A stretch of DNA of 64,000 bases from Bacillota bacterium (GCA_023665365.1 JAMPEA010000001.1:83914-147913); one strand, 5' to 3'. Counted from the first letter of the stretch, positions 16,995 through 30,889 are shown. Program-made: numbers and translations. The notes: generated from the letters alone by a model not told the origin.

Positions 16995-17932
16995 CAGCCG
17001 AGCACCGTCCCTACTTCGATTTTTCTGCCACGCAGAAAATCCACGTCCGACATACGGCTTGCCCCTTCGAGTTGAATACTTTTCAACCTTATAAGCGCGC
17101 TATCTTTAACGGCTACGACGAGCCCGTTTTTTGCGTCCGCCGCTACTACAATTCCGCATTTTTGCGCGGTTTTTTCAGCGTTGTCTCCTATCGCTTCGAT
17201 TTCAAAAATTTTGAGTGTTTTTCCGTTCAACTTCGTATACGCCGACGGCCACGGCGACATTCCTCTGACAAAGCAATCGAGTTCTTTTGCGGTGCGGTTG
17301 AAATCTATCTTTCCGTCCGCCTTTGAAATCATACTGCAATGCGTAGCCGAATTTTCGTCCTGTTTGACAAATACGGCTTTCCCGCTTTCGAGGAGCTTCA
17401 CCGCCTCTATGATTGCCTCGCCGCCGAGTATCGCAAGCCTGTCGAATAGCTCTCCCGCGGTTTCCTTATCGCCTATCGAAGTGCGCGTTTGAAGCAGTAT
17501 ATCGCCCGCGTCTACGGCTTTGACGGTGCGCATAATGGTAATTCCCGTCTCGCTGTCGCCGTTTAGTATCGCGTGCTGTATCGGCGACGAGCCTCTGTAT
17601 TTTGGGAGCAACGACGCGTGTACGTTGAGCACTCCGTATTTGGGAATACTCAAAAACTCCTCGCTAAGTATCTGCCCGAACGCCGCAGTCACGATGAGGT
17701 CGGGCATAAGTTTTTTTATATCTTCAATGCCCTCTTTCGACACTTTTTCGTACTGCAAAACGGGGATATTAAGTTCCTCCGCCTTGACTTTCAGCGCGGA
17801 GGGTTTTAAAGCGTATCCCCTGCCTGTGGGCTTATCGGGCGCGGTGACGACCGCGCTCACGGGATATACGCTATTCAGCTTTTCAAGCACAACAGCCGAA
17901 AAATCGGGAGTGCCCATAAAAATTATTTTCAT
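16994..17932 (-). CDS. fmt: Methionyl-tRNA formyltransferase
   Basis: 312 aa. MKIIFMGTPDFS, NVHASLLPKYRG. Confidence 0.95.
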   Translation of the reverse strand: MKIIFMGTPDFSAVVLEKLNSVYPVSAVVTAPDKPTGRGYALKPSALKVKAEELNIPVLQYEKVSKEGIEDIKKLMPDLIVTAAFGQILSEEFLSIPKYGVLNVHASLLPKYRGSSPIQHAILNGDSETGITIMRTVKAVDAGDILLQTRTSIGDKETAGELFDRLAILGGEAIIEAVKLLESGKAVFVKQDENSATHCSMISKADGKIDFNRTAKELDCFVRGMSPWPSAYTKLNGKTLKIFEIEAIGDNAEKTAQKCGIVVAADAKNGLVVAVKDSALIRLKSIQLEGASRMSDVDFLRGRKIEVGTVLG

Positions 17933-17941
17933 CTGCTCTCC

Positions 17942-18397
17942 TCAGTCGCCGTCAACTATCTCGGTCGCTTTCGACGTGTAAACTATGCCGTCCAAGTGGT
18001 CGATTTCGTGCATAAACGCGCGCGCTGTAAATCCGCTTACCTTATACTTTACGTCAACGCCGTTGCGGTCCTTGGCGATGACGGTGATTTTCATAGGGCG
18101 AGTCACCTTTCCGTATTTTTTAGGCACGGACAAACACCCCTCCAAACCCGTTTGCAAACCGCTTTTGAATTTTACAATCGGGTTTATCAACTCAAAATAG
18201 CCGTCCTCAGTATCGACTACGCACACGCGCTTTAACACCGCTACTTGCGGAGCGGCAAGTCCCGCGCCGTTGGCGCTCTTAACGGTGTCTTTCAAGTCGT
18301 CGAGGAGCATCCAAAGCCTTTCGTCGAAGGTATCCACTTCTCTGCATTTTTTAGTGAGTATCGGGTCGGGTACTTTAACAATGATACGTTTTGCCAT
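17942..18397 (-). CDS. def: Peptide deformylase
   Basis: 151 aa with GAGLAAPQ, EGCLSVP and HEIDHL motifs. Confidence 0.95.
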   Translation of the reverse strand: MAKRIIVKVPDPILTKKCREVDTFDERLWMLLDDLKDTVKSANGAGLAAPQVAVLKRVCVVDTEDGYFELINPIVKFKSGLQTGLEGCLSVPKKYGKVTRPMKITVIAKDRNGVDVKYKVSGFTARAFMHEIDHLDGIVYTSKATEIVDGD

Positions 18398-18417
18398 AGT
18401 TCACCTGTCGTTTGATT

Positions 18418-20592
18418 TTATATGAGACTTTGCGGATTTATTTCCACAAAAATATTGCCTTTTTTAGGACGGTTTCCGTCCGCGAGCGCGTAGATTTTAG
18501 GAATGACTTCGCCGAATATATCCGGCTCTATGCGCATAAGCACTTGATAGCGGTTTAGCCCGTTCATGCGCGTGACCGGCGACTTCGCCGCGCCGAGATA
18601 TACGAACTTGCCGCACTCGCGTTCGATTTCGCGTATGCTCTTATAGACGTTTCGCGTAGAGTCCACAACGTCCTGCTCGTCGAGCGAGGTAAGCAATACG
18701 CGCACTATTTTGGTGTAAGGAGGAAATTTTGTGACGAGCCTCGTATTGATTTCCTTTTTCCAAAATCCAACGTAGTCGTAAGTTTTGCCGAACTGAAATA
18801 CGTAGTGCCGCGGCGCGTAGGTTTGTAGTATTACGCGCCCCTGCTTTTCGGCTCTGCCCGCTCTGCCCGCAACCTGTGTGATTAGCTGGAACGTGCGCTC
18901 AGACGAGCGATAATCGCTGAAATACAGCGCGGCGTCCGCTTCGAGTATTCCTACAAGCGTCACGTTTGAAAAATCGTGACCTTTTGCTATCATTTGCGTG
19001 CCAACGAGCACGTCCGCCTCGTGCGCTCCGAACGCCGAGAGTATTTTAAAATAGCTGTCTCTGCGCGTAGTGGTGTCGTTATCCATGCGCAGAGTGCGCA
19101 CGTTCGGGAAAAACTCTTTAAGCTCCTCAACGACCTTTTCAGTGCCGATGCGCCCCTGCTTTATCTCGTGACTTCCGCAATTTGGACATTTGGTAAGCGC
19201 GTGATAGCGCCGTCCGCAGTAGTGGCATTTCAGCTCGTTATCTTGCTTGTGATAAGTAAGCGACACGTCGCAATCCTCGCATTTTGCGATATATCCGCAC
19301 TCCTTGCACCTTATAAACGACGCAAAACCTCTGCGGTTTAAAAACAGCATAGCCTGCTCGCCGCGTTTCAAAGTTTCGCCTATCGCGTCGATAAGCGTCT
19401 TTGAAAAAATCGAGCGGTTTCCGCTTCTGAACTCCTGCGTCATATCCACGATTTCCATCTCCGGGAGTTTGTGCTTCGATATGCGCTCGGGCAAGGAAAT
19501 AAGGGTATATTCGCCGCGATTGGCTTCCATATACGTTTCCATATCGGGGGTCGCCGAGCCGAGCACGAGCGTCGCACCCGCAAGATGCGCTCTGAATTTT
19601 GCAACGCTTTTTGTGTCGTATCGCGGATTGGATTCGCTTTGATAGCTCGTATCGTGCTCCTCGTCGATGATAATCGTGCCGAGGTTTTCAAGCGGCGCGA
19701 ATATCGCCGAGCGCGCTCCGATTGCAATTTTTGCTTCGCCGTCTTTAAGGCGTTTCCACTCGTCGTATCTCTCACTTGCGTTCAGCCCGCTATGAAGTAT
19801 TGCAACTCCGTCGCCGAACCTTGCTCTAAAAAGCCCGAGCATCTGTGGAGTAAGCGAAATCTCCGGCACGAGCATTATAGCGGTCTTTCCCTCTGCGAGC
19901 ATATTTTCTATGACGCGCTCGTAGATTTCCGTCTTGCCCGACCCTGTGACTCCGTGGAGCAAAAATACGCCTTTGCCGTTCGTTATTTTATCGACGGCGT
20001 TCGCCTGCGCGGGCGTAAGCGTTATATCTTTATCCTTTTTGTCGAGCGTGCTCATAGGCGTACTGCGCTCGTGCACCGCGCTCATAACGACTACGTTTTT
20101 ATCGCGCAGACCGTTCACCGCCGACACGCCGAATTTTGCGGTCATAACGCTCAAAAACTGTCCGCCGTTCGCCGCGAGATATTTCAACGCTTCAAGCTGT
20201 TTCTTAGCGGCTTTTCCGACTGCTTCGCAAAGTTCGTCGAGATTTCGTTCGTCGTCTATGCGCATGTATGCGCGCGTAAACTCGGGGTCGCGCTCCTCGC
20301 GTAGCTTTGACGGCACAAACAGCCTTAGCGCGTCTATGTATCTAAGATGATACGCCTCTCGCATAAAGTATAAAAGTTCCAACTGCTCGGAACTTATGGG
20401 CGTATCGAGATATTTTGCTCTTTTGAGATTGGGAAAATCCGATTTCTCCTTTTTGCCGATTACAAATCCGATGAGTCGCTTACTGCCGAACTCCACCGCC
20501 ACGCGGCTGCCCAACGGCATATCGTCGCCCTCGTAGTCGAAAGTGCGGTCAACGTCGCTTGTGGATATATCGACAATCACCTGCAAAATCAT
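18418..20592 (-). CDS. priA: Primosomal protein N' (replication restart helicase PriA)
   Basis: 724 aa with GVTGSGKTE, DEEHD and a CxxC zinc-binding region (CKECGYIAKCEDCD...CHYCG...CPNCGS). Confidence 0.95.
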   Translation of the reverse strand: MILQVIVDISTSDVDRTFDYEGDDMPLGSRVAVEFGSKRLIGFVIGKKEKSDFPNLKRAKYLDTPISSEQLELLYFMREAYHLRYIDALRLFVPSKLREERDPEFTRAYMRIDDERNLDELCEAVGKAAKKQLEALKYLAANGGQFLSVMTAKFGVSAVNGLRDKNVVVMSAVHERSTPMSTLDKKDKDITLTPAQANAVDKITNGKGVFLLHGVTGSGKTEIYERVIENMLAEGKTAIMLVPEISLTPQMLGLFRARFGDGVAILHSGLNASERYDEWKRLKDGEAKIAIGARSAIFAPLENLGTIIIDEEHDTSYQSESNPRYDTKSVAKFRAHLAGATLVLGSATPDMETYMEANRGEYTLISLPERISKHKLPEMEIVDMTQEFRSGNRSIFSKTLIDAIGETLKRGEQAMLFLNRRGFASFIRCKECGYIAKCEDCDVSLTYHKQDNELKCHYCGRRYHALTKCPNCGSHEIKQGRIGTEKVVEELKEFFPNVRTLRMDNDTTTRRDSYFKILSAFGAHEADVLVGTQMIAKGHDFSNVTLVGILEADAALYFSDYRSSERTFQLITQVAGRAGRAEKQGRVILQTYAPRHYVFQFGKTYDYVGFWKKEINTRLVTKFPPYTKIVRVLLTSLDEQDVVDSTRNVYKSIREIERECGKFVYLGAAKSPVTRMNGLNRYQVLMRIEPDIFGEVIPKIYALADGNRPKKGNIFVEINPQSLI

Positions 20593-21770
20593 AGCGCAAG
20601 CACCTTATCGAGTATAATATCGGCAAGTTCGCGCTTGCTCACCTTACCGCTATCGGTACGGTTGCCCAAGTTGTCTATTATCGTAGCGATATTGGTATCC
20701 GTGTCAAAGCCCGCGTCCTTAGCCGTAACGTCGTTTGCGACGACCAAATCTGCGTGCTTTTTTGCAAGTTTATTCTTGGCATTTTCTATGATATTTTCCG
20801 TTTCCGCCGCAAAAATTACGAGTTTTTTACAACCCTTTTTCTCGCTCAAACTCCTTGCAATATCGGGATTTTTTACAAATTCGATAGTTAAATTTTCGCT
20901 TTTAATCTTATTTTCAGCAACGGATTTAGGACGATAATCGGCGGGAGCGCCTGCGAGTATCGCAATATCGCAACTCTCAAACACGCGATTGCAAGCCTCG
21001 TACATTTCCTCAGCAGTGCGCACCTTTATTGCCTCAACGCCCCTTGGAACGTCAACCGACACGTTGCCGTGCACGAATATTACTTTCGCGCCCCTGTCCA
21101 TAGCCGCCGTTGCGATTGCCGCGCCCATTTTTCCCGAGGAGCGATTTGTGATAAAACGCACCGCGTCGATATTCTCCTCAGTGCCGCCCGCCGTGACAAG
21201 CACCGTCTTTGCGTCTAAATCCTGCGACGGAGTAAGCATATTAGTGATAGCGTCAACAATATCGACAGGCTCCGCCAATCTGCCCTTGCCCACGTCGCCG
21301 CAGGCAAGCAAGCCGACGCTGGGCTCGCAGAACGCAACGCCGCGCTCCTTTAAAATCGCAATATTTTTCTTAGTCGCCGCGTCCTCGTACATATTTACGT
21401 TCATAGCGGGACAGATAAGTTTTTTTGCATTGCAAGCAAGATAGGTCGTTGACAGCATATCGTCCGCAATACCGCCCGCGAACTTTGCTATCACGTTTGC
21501 CGTTGCCGGCGCGACTACGAAAATATCCGCTTTCTTCGCAAGAGAAATATGCTTAACGTCATACTCTTTAACGGGAGCGAATTCGTCTGAAATCACAGTC
21601 GATTTCGCAAGTGTTTGAAACGTCAACGGCGTGACGAATTCGCGGGCGTGTTCCGTCATAATCACGTCCACGTCCGCTCCCGCCTTTTTTAGGCGCGAGA
21701 CGATTTCGCACGCTTTATAGCACGCAATCCCTCCGCTCACGCCGAGCACGACGTTCTTTCCGCAAAGCAT
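20589..21770 (-). CDS. coaBC: Bifunctional phosphopantothenoylcysteine decarboxylase / phosphopantothenate--cysteine ligase
   Basis: 393 aa with an N-terminal flavoprotein domain (VSGGIACYK) and a C-terminal DFP domain (ITNRSSGKMG). Confidence 0.93.
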   Translation of the reverse strand: MLCGKNVVLGVSGGIACYKACEIVSRLKKAGADVDVIMTEHAREFVTPLTFQTLAKSTVISDEFAPVKEYDVKHISLAKKADIFVVAPATANVIAKFAGGIADDMLSTTYLACNAKKLICPAMNVNMYEDAATKKNIAILKERGVAFCEPSVGLLACGDVGKGRLAEPVDIVDAITNMLTPSQDLDAKTVLVTAGGTEENIDAVRFITNRSSGKMGAAIATAAMDRGAKVIFVHGNVSVDVPRGVEAIKVRTAEEMYEACNRVFESCDIAILAGAPADYRPKSVAENKIKSENLTIEFVKNPDIARSLSEKKGCKKLVIFAAETENIIENAKNKLAKKHADLVVANDVTAKDAGFDTDTNIATIIDNLGNRTDSGKVSKRELADIILDKVLAL

Positions 21771-21772
21771 AC

Positions 21773-21985
21773 TTAACCGTGTATAATTTTGATTTTGCCC
21801 TCGTAAATCTCCTTGCAGGCAAGAGATATGGGCTTTTCACCGCTTTCTTCGAGATAAGAGCTTTCGCTTGTAACAAGCTCCCTCGTGCGCTTTGCGACCG
21901 CGCAGGTAAGCGCGTATCTGCATTCCGCTCTTTTGATAAGTTTGTCAATGGGTGGGTCAATCATCATAATCGTTACCTCATTCAT
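21773..21985 (-). CDS. rpoZ: DNA-directed RNA polymerase subunit omega
   Basis: 70 aa (IDKLIKRAECRYALTCAVAKRTRELV). The gmk-rpoZ pair is conserved. Confidence 0.88.
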   Translation of the reverse strand: MNEVTIMMIDPPIDKLIKRAECRYALTCAVAKRTRELVTSESSYLEESGEKPISLACKEIYEGKIKIIHG

Positions 21986-22583
21986 TAAAAAGATTTTTTA
22001 CGTTTTGACGGGACACTTTTAAGTGCTCGCTTCTTATAATATTCACAATCTCGTCCGCGCAGGTGCGAGCGATGTTGTTTGTGACGCAGTAGTCGTATTT
22101 TTCTATATCTTTACTCTCTGTCTCTATCTCTTTAAGACGGCGCTCTAAGCTGTCGGCAGTCTCCGACCCGCGCCCTATCAGTCTTGCCTTTAACGCGGCG
22201 ATGGACGGAGGCGTGATAAACACCGTAACGCTGTCGGGATACATTTCCTTTATGCGTCGCGCGCCCACGACGTTTAGTTCGAGCAAAACGTCCACGCCCT
22301 GCTTCAAGGGCTTGTCGATTTCGCTTTTGAGCGTCCCGTAGTAGTTTGTAAACGTCCTCGTATACTCCACAAACTCATCGTTTTTGATTTTTTCTTCGAA
22401 CTCCTCCTCGCTCAAAAAGAAGTAGTTTACGCCGTTTTCCTCGCCGTTTCGCGGCTTGCGCGTCGTGCACGAAATGGAAAATTGAAGATTAGGCAAACTC
22501 TCGAAAACGAGTTGCATAACCGTCCCTTTGCCGACGCCGCTAAACCCCGACACCACGATGAGCATACCTTGATTTTCTTCCAT
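21978..22583 (-). CDS. gmk: Guanylate kinase
   Basis: 201 aa. VVSGFSGVGKGT, TTRKPRNGEENGVNYFF. Confidence 0.95.
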   Translation of the reverse strand: MEENQGMLIVVSGFSGVGKGTVMQLVFESLPNLQFSISCTTRKPRNGEENGVNYFFLSEEEFEEKIKNDEFVEYTRTFTNYYGTLKSEIDKPLKQGVDVLLELNVVGARRIKEMYPDSVTVFITPPSIAALKARLIGRGSETADSLERRLKEIETESKDIEKYDYCVTNNIARTCADEIVNIIRSEHLKVSRQNVKNLFNE

Positions 22584-22598
22584 AGTACCTCGCTTCGG

Positions 22599-23474
22599 CT
22601 ATTCGATATTTGCCGCCTGTTCTCTGATTTTTTCGATTTCGTTTTTGATTTTGAGCACTTCGGAGGTTATCGCAAGGTCGTTCGCCTTAGAGCCTATCGT
22701 ATTCGTCTCGCGGTTGAACTCCTGCACAAGGAACTCCGTCTTTCTGCCGACGGGTTCGTCCGCCAAAAGCAATGCGCGAGCGTGTGCGATATGCGCGCCA
22801 AGCCTCGTAATCTCCTCGTCGATAGCGCAGTGGTCGGCATATAGCGCGACCTCGGTCGCAAGACGTTGCATATCGATTTTGTTTGCATCTACCACTTCGG
22901 CTATGCGAGCTTGAAGCCCCGCCCTGTAATTTTCAACGACTTTCGGAGCGTTCTGTTTGATTATCGCCAAAGATTTTTCAATGCAATCGAGTTTGCTCGA
23001 TATATCCGCCATAAGCGACGCGCCCTCGCGTTTGCGCATAACTTTCAAATTTTCAAGCGCGATGCTCAGCGCTTCCTCGGTCAGCTTTTTAAGCAGCTCC
23101 TCGTCCTCTGTCGGTTGCTCGCGCTTTATGACGTCTGCGACCTTCACGAGCGACGAAAGCGTAATATCGTTTTTTATGCCCGTTTGTTTTGCAAGGTCTT
23201 TTGCGACGGCGAGATAATTTTTTGCAAGTTCGACGTCGGCGGTATAAGCTCCGTCGGCGGACGTACTCTGTTCGTAGGTCAAAAACAAATCGACGTGTCC
23301 GCGGGAAATCGCCCCCGACACAGCCTTTTTTATAGCGTCCTCCAAAAATAGAAAGCTACGCGGAATTTTTATCCCGAAGTCGAGGTATCTATGGTTCACC
23401 GTCTTGATTTCTACGGTGATCGTCTTTCCGTCTGCCTTGGCAACGCCCTTGCCATAGCCGGTCATACTGTACAT
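22599..23474 (-). CDS. yicC: YicC family protein (stress-induced, endoribonuclease family)
   Basis: 291 aa. MYSMTGYG..., NHRYLD, C-terminal REQAANIE. Confidence 0.9.
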   Translation of the reverse strand: MYSMTGYGKGVAKADGKTITVEIKTVNHRYLDFGIKIPRSFLFLEDAIKKAVSGAISRGHVDLFLTYEQSTSADGAYTADVELAKNYLAVAKDLAKQTGIKNDITLSSLVKVADVIKREQPTEDEELLKKLTEEALSIALENLKVMRKREGASLMADISSKLDCIEKSLAIIKQNAPKVVENYRAGLQARIAEVVDANKIDMQRLATEVALYADHCAIDEEITRLGAHIAHARALLLADEPVGRKTEFLVQEFNRETNTIGSKANDLAITSEVLKIKNEIEKIREQAANIE

Positions 23475-23502
23475 ACGCGCACCCGCCTGATAAATTTTAG
23501 AT

Positions 23503-23531
23503 ATTATAACATTTTTTATTTATAATGACAA
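23503..23531 (-). promoter_or_regulatory. Promoter of the yicC-gmk-rpoZ-coaBC-priA... operon (TTGTCA-17-TATAAT, TG-extended)
   Basis: -35 at 23531..23526 and -10 at 23508..23503. Confidence 0.55.
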
Positions 23532-23566
23532 CCGTTTGGACTATATTTTATGCCGATAGTCGGTTA

Positions 23567-23605
23567 CAAAAAAATATATCCCGCAAAACGTCGGCGTTTT
23601 GTGGG
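23567..23605 (-). terminator. Intrinsic terminator after ligA
   Basis: Minus strand reads CCCACAAAACG-CCGA-CGUUUUGCGGG followed by AUAUAUUUUUUU. Confidence 0.75.
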
Positions 23606-23695
23606 ATTATGACGAGCAAAAATCAATTTTTACAATAATGTTTTATTTAGCGATAATTTATTTTATGCGGTTAGATTATCGAAAACAGCAGCATT

Positions 23696-27879
<4,184 letters not shown>

Positions 27880-28069
27880 ATTGCTACGATTATATCACAC
27901 GTTCGGAGGTTTTTCAATTTTTTTAATTAGCATATGGAAAAAATATCCATAAAAAAATACGCTTTCTCTGTTGATTTATGTCTTTTAATATGCTAAAATA
28001 TATCATATAATTGCAAATTATGCTCTAAGATGGCATATAATATAGCTTGTAATACTCTCGGAGGTGCCA

Positions 28070-29152
28070 ATGGACGACGAATATATCTTTTATGAGGAAG
28101 AGGAGGAAGACTACGTTATATACGACAGCGAGGTCCTCGACGACGACGATAACGCCCCCGTTGCCACCCTTGTACATCAGGGTGGAAGTTCCACTAACAG
28201 ACGTAAGACGTCCACATTGATTGAAGAACCAAAAAAGACTCCCGCATATTATAATAATGCGGACTACTCCTCGTACACTCCCCCTGCGTATGCTCCGCAG
28301 GAACCGTCGCCCAAAAAGACAACGACAAAGACGACTGCCGCGCAACCCTCAAAAACAACCGCGCCGAAGTCCGCTCCGTCAAAGACGACTGCCGCGACCG
28401 CGCCGAAAGCTCCCGTTGGCAGACCTCCGAAGGCTACGGCAACTGCTTCTACTGCGACTGCGACAAGCGCAACTAAGTCCACTGCCACTACTGCGAGAAC
28501 GACGACTGCGAGGTCAACTGCCACTACTGCGAGAGCTACCGCAACGAAACCCACGACAGCTACGACGACAAGGACGACTGCAAGGGTCGCTCCATCTGCC
28601 GTCGCTACGCCCGAAAAGAAACCCGTCGGCAGACCTCCTAAGGCTGTCGAACCTGTAAAAGCAACTGCAACAAAGGCTACGCCGGCTAAACCTGCGACAA
28701 CCGCAAAACCTGCCGTTACGCCCAAGGCGACCTCAACCGCGAAGTCCGCTCCTGTCAAAGCTACTGCCGCAAAACCCGTCGCACCCGTAAAGACAGCGAC
28801 TAAGCCTACGCCGACAAAAGCGGCTCCCGACGCTGTGGAAAAGAAGCCCGTCGGCAGACCGCCAAAGGCTGTCGAACCCGTAAAGGCGACCGCGCCTAAG
28901 GCAACTGCGACAAAACCCGCAACTGCCCCGAAAGCTACCGCGACAAAGACAGCGCCGAAAGCAACAGCTGCGAAATCAGCACCTGCTAAACCCGCAGCGA
29001 CAGCTAAAACCGCTCCTGCGGCAAAAGCCCCTGTCGCTAAGACGACGGCAAATACAGCCGCGACTCCTGCCGCAAAGAAACTCCCCGTCGCCGCCGCGAA
29101 ACTGCCTAAAAATCAACAAGCCTCCCCAAAGGCTCAACTGAAAAAGAAATAA
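28070..29152 (+). CDS. Low-complexity Ala/Thr/Lys/Pro-rich protein with an acidic N-terminus and three PVGRPPK AT-hook-like motifs (histone H1-like)
   Basis: GGAGG lies 5 nt upstream of ATG 28070. N-terminus is MDDEYIFYEEEEEDYVIYDSEVLDDDD. PVGRPPK is encoded at 28412, 28622 and 28847, and the last two lie in a 225 nt internal repeat. The rest is A/T/K/P repeats ending in KKK. Confidence 0.7.
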   Translation: MDDEYIFYEEEEEDYVIYDSEVLDDDDNAPVATLVHQGGSSTNRRKTSTLIEEPKKTPAYYNNADYSSYTPPAYAPQEPSPKKTTTKTTAAQPSKTTAPKSAPSKTTAATAPKAPVGRPPKATATASTATATSATKSTATTARTTTARSTATTARATATKPTTATTTRTTARVAPSAVATPEKKPVGRPPKAVEPVKATATKATPAKPATTAKPAVTPKATSTAKSAPVKATAAKPVAPVKTATKPTPTKAAPDAVEKKPVGRPPKAVEPVKATAPKATATKPATAPKATATKTAPKATAAKSAPAKPAATAKTAPAAKAPVAKTTANTAATPAAKKLPVAAAKLPKNQQASPKAQLKKK

Positions 29153-29217
29153 CTTAAACTAAGGTCATAATAGCAGAGTAATCTGCGGAAAATAAATTAT
29201 AATTTGGAGATGATGAT

Positions 29218-29763
29218 ATGGCAAAAGAGAAAACTCCCGTCAAAGCAACCCCCGCACCCAAAGCGACTGCTAAGCCCGCACCCGCGCCCAAAGCGGCTGC
29301 CGCTAAGCCCGCTCCCGCTCCTGCACCCGCATCGGCAGAAACCGTTATCGTTGAAGGCACGCCGGGCGTACCTCACGGCAAGTTTGTAATCAAGCGCACA
29401 GACAATGCAAACTTCGTTTTCAGACTCTTCGCCGCAAACAAGAAGGTTCTCGCCGTCACTGCCGGTTTCTATGCGAGCCTGTCTGCTTGCAAGAGCGGTA
29501 TCCAAAGCGTAATCAATAACGCCGCAAGCGCTCCTATCGAGGACCAGACGCTCAAAAACGTCAAAGAGCAGAAATGCCCGAAGTGGGTCATCTACACCGA
29601 TAAGAGCGGCGATTCGCGTCTCAGACTCATTGCTTCAAACGGCAATATGGTAGCCATTTCCAACGACGGTTACAAGTCCAAGGACGCCGCAAAGAAAGGC
29701 ATCGACGCTATCGCACGTGCCGCGCAAGGCGCTGACATCGTAAGAAACGACGACCTTTGGTAA
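29218..29763 (+). CDS. Tandem DUF1508 (YegP-like) domain protein with an AKP-rich N-terminal tail
   Basis: 181 aa. Two YegP-like modules (FVFRLFAANKKVLAVTAGFYASLSACKSGIQSV and RLRLIASNGNMVAISNDGYKSKDAAKKGIDAI) are preceded by KATPAPKATAKPAPAPKAAAAKPAPAPAPA. Confidence 0.75.
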   Translation: MAKEKTPVKATPAPKATAKPAPAPKAAAAKPAPAPAPASAETVIVEGTPGVPHGKFVIKRTDNANFVFRLFAANKKVLAVTAGFYASLSACKSGIQSVINNAASAPIEDQTLKNVKEQKCPKWVIYTDKSGDSRLRLIASNGNMVAISNDGYKSKDAAKKGIDAIARAAQGADIVRNDDLW

Positions 29764-29784
29764 TTGATTATCCATAGACAACTT

Positions 29785-29813
29785 AAAAGAGCGGTTGTCA
29801 GCCGCTCTTTTTT
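29785..29813. terminator. Bidirectional terminator between the DUF1508 gene (+) and the amidase gene (-)
   Basis: AAAAGAGCGG-TTGTCA-GCCGCTCTTTTTT. Confidence 0.75.
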
Positions 29814-29825
29814 AGGTTGTATCTT

Positions 29826-30884
29826 TTAGGACCTACCACCGCCTATCGGAGTTATCCTCGCCCAAGTAAGCGGGCCTACTATGCCGTCGGCGACGAGTCC
29901 GTTATCCTGCTGGAACTGCCTTACGGCGTTTGCCGTGCCCGACCCGAAAATTCCGTCTACGCTCCCAGCGTTATATAACTTTGAAAGCAGCTTTTGCTGT
30001 AAATAGCGCACGTATACTCCCCTACTGCCTTGCCTCAATATCGGCAAAGTCGCGTCCTGCATCAAAAGCGTGCGCCAAGTGTTTCTTCCTACTATTCCGT
30101 CCGTAACGAGTCCGTTATCTCTTTGAAACTGAACGACAGCCGTTTGCGTCCCCGACCCGAACTGCCCGTCCACGCTCAGCGCATTTCCGTACAAATTTAA
30201 GTAACATTGCAAAAATTTTACTCCGTTCCCCGTATTGCCGCGCCGCAGAGTGGGCATTTCGGCATAATCCACGTCCGGTTCGTAGTTGACGTCGAGATTA
30301 TTGCAAACGCCTATGCACCCGCCATTGCCGCAGTTGCGTTGAAAGTCTGGGTCAATCATGAGTTTGGCTTCGGTGAGGTTTGTCATAAAGCCGCATTCGC
30401 ATATTACAGCGGGACAGTTGACCGAGCGCAACATTCCTATTTCCGTCAAAGTCCCCACGCCGAGGTTATTCGTATCGAGTTCTTCCGTCAATCCTTCCGA
30501 GACGTCGAAAGCAAGCAGTCTGCTTGAATTTGCAAATCTGTTTTCCCTCGAATAGTAAACTCTGTGTCCGTTTGCGGACGAAAACTGCGACGAGTTTGCC
30601 GCCGCATTATAAGCATAGGTTACGACGAGCGTAAGCCCCTGTCTGTTTACTCGCGTGACGCGTTGACTGATGGACGTATCGGTAAATTCGGGTTTTACGT
30701 CGTACACGTTAAAGCCGCTTCGCAAGCAGGCTATCAAAAAATAATATTTTGCGGGTCTGTTGAATTCGTTCTCGTAAAAACTTCTGTTGAGATAAGGCAT
30801 CACGGGTGTACGTTTGCCCGCGGTCGGCGGATTTATGCCGTGTTCGTCGTTTCCGCCTATGTAAAAAGATTGTGGATTTGCCAT
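29826..30884 (-). CDS. Amidase_3-like N-acetylmuramoyl-L-alanine amidase with two C-terminal PG_binding_1 repeats and no signal peptide
   Basis: ECGFMTN motif and two LRxG..G..V..LQ..L...DG.FG..T..AV..FQ..NGL..DGIVG..TW repeats. I prefer the start at ATG 30884 (GGAGGGG 5 nt upstream) over the track GTG at 30890. Confidence 0.75.
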   Translation of the reverse strand: MANPQSFYIGGNDEHGINPPTAGKRTPVMPYLNRSFYENEFNRPAKYYFLIACLRSGFNVYDVKPEFTDTSISQRVTRVNRQGLTLVVTYAYNAAANSSQFSSANGHRVYYSRENRFANSSRLLAFDVSEGLTEELDTNNLGVGTLTEIGMLRSVNCPAVICECGFMTNLTEAKLMIDPDFQRNCGNGGCIGVCNNLDVNYEPDVDYAEMPTLRRGNTGNGVKFLQCYLNLYGNALSVDGQFGSGTQTAVVQFQRDNGLVTDGIVGRNTWRTLLMQDATLPILRQGSRGVYVRYLQQKLLSKLYNAGSVDGIFGSGTANAVRQFQQDNGLVADGIVGPLTWARITPIGGGRS

Positions 30885-30889
30885 CTGCA

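Noticed and set aside
28194-29505. Alternative-frame and antisense ORFs over the low-complexity genes (28221..28658 +, 28264..28758 -, 28025..28345 -, 29154..29505 -)
   Set aside because: These are mirror frames of a GC-rich repetitive A/T/K/P coding sequence. Only the 28070 and 29218 frames have proper SD-ATG starts and a recognisable domain (DUF1508).
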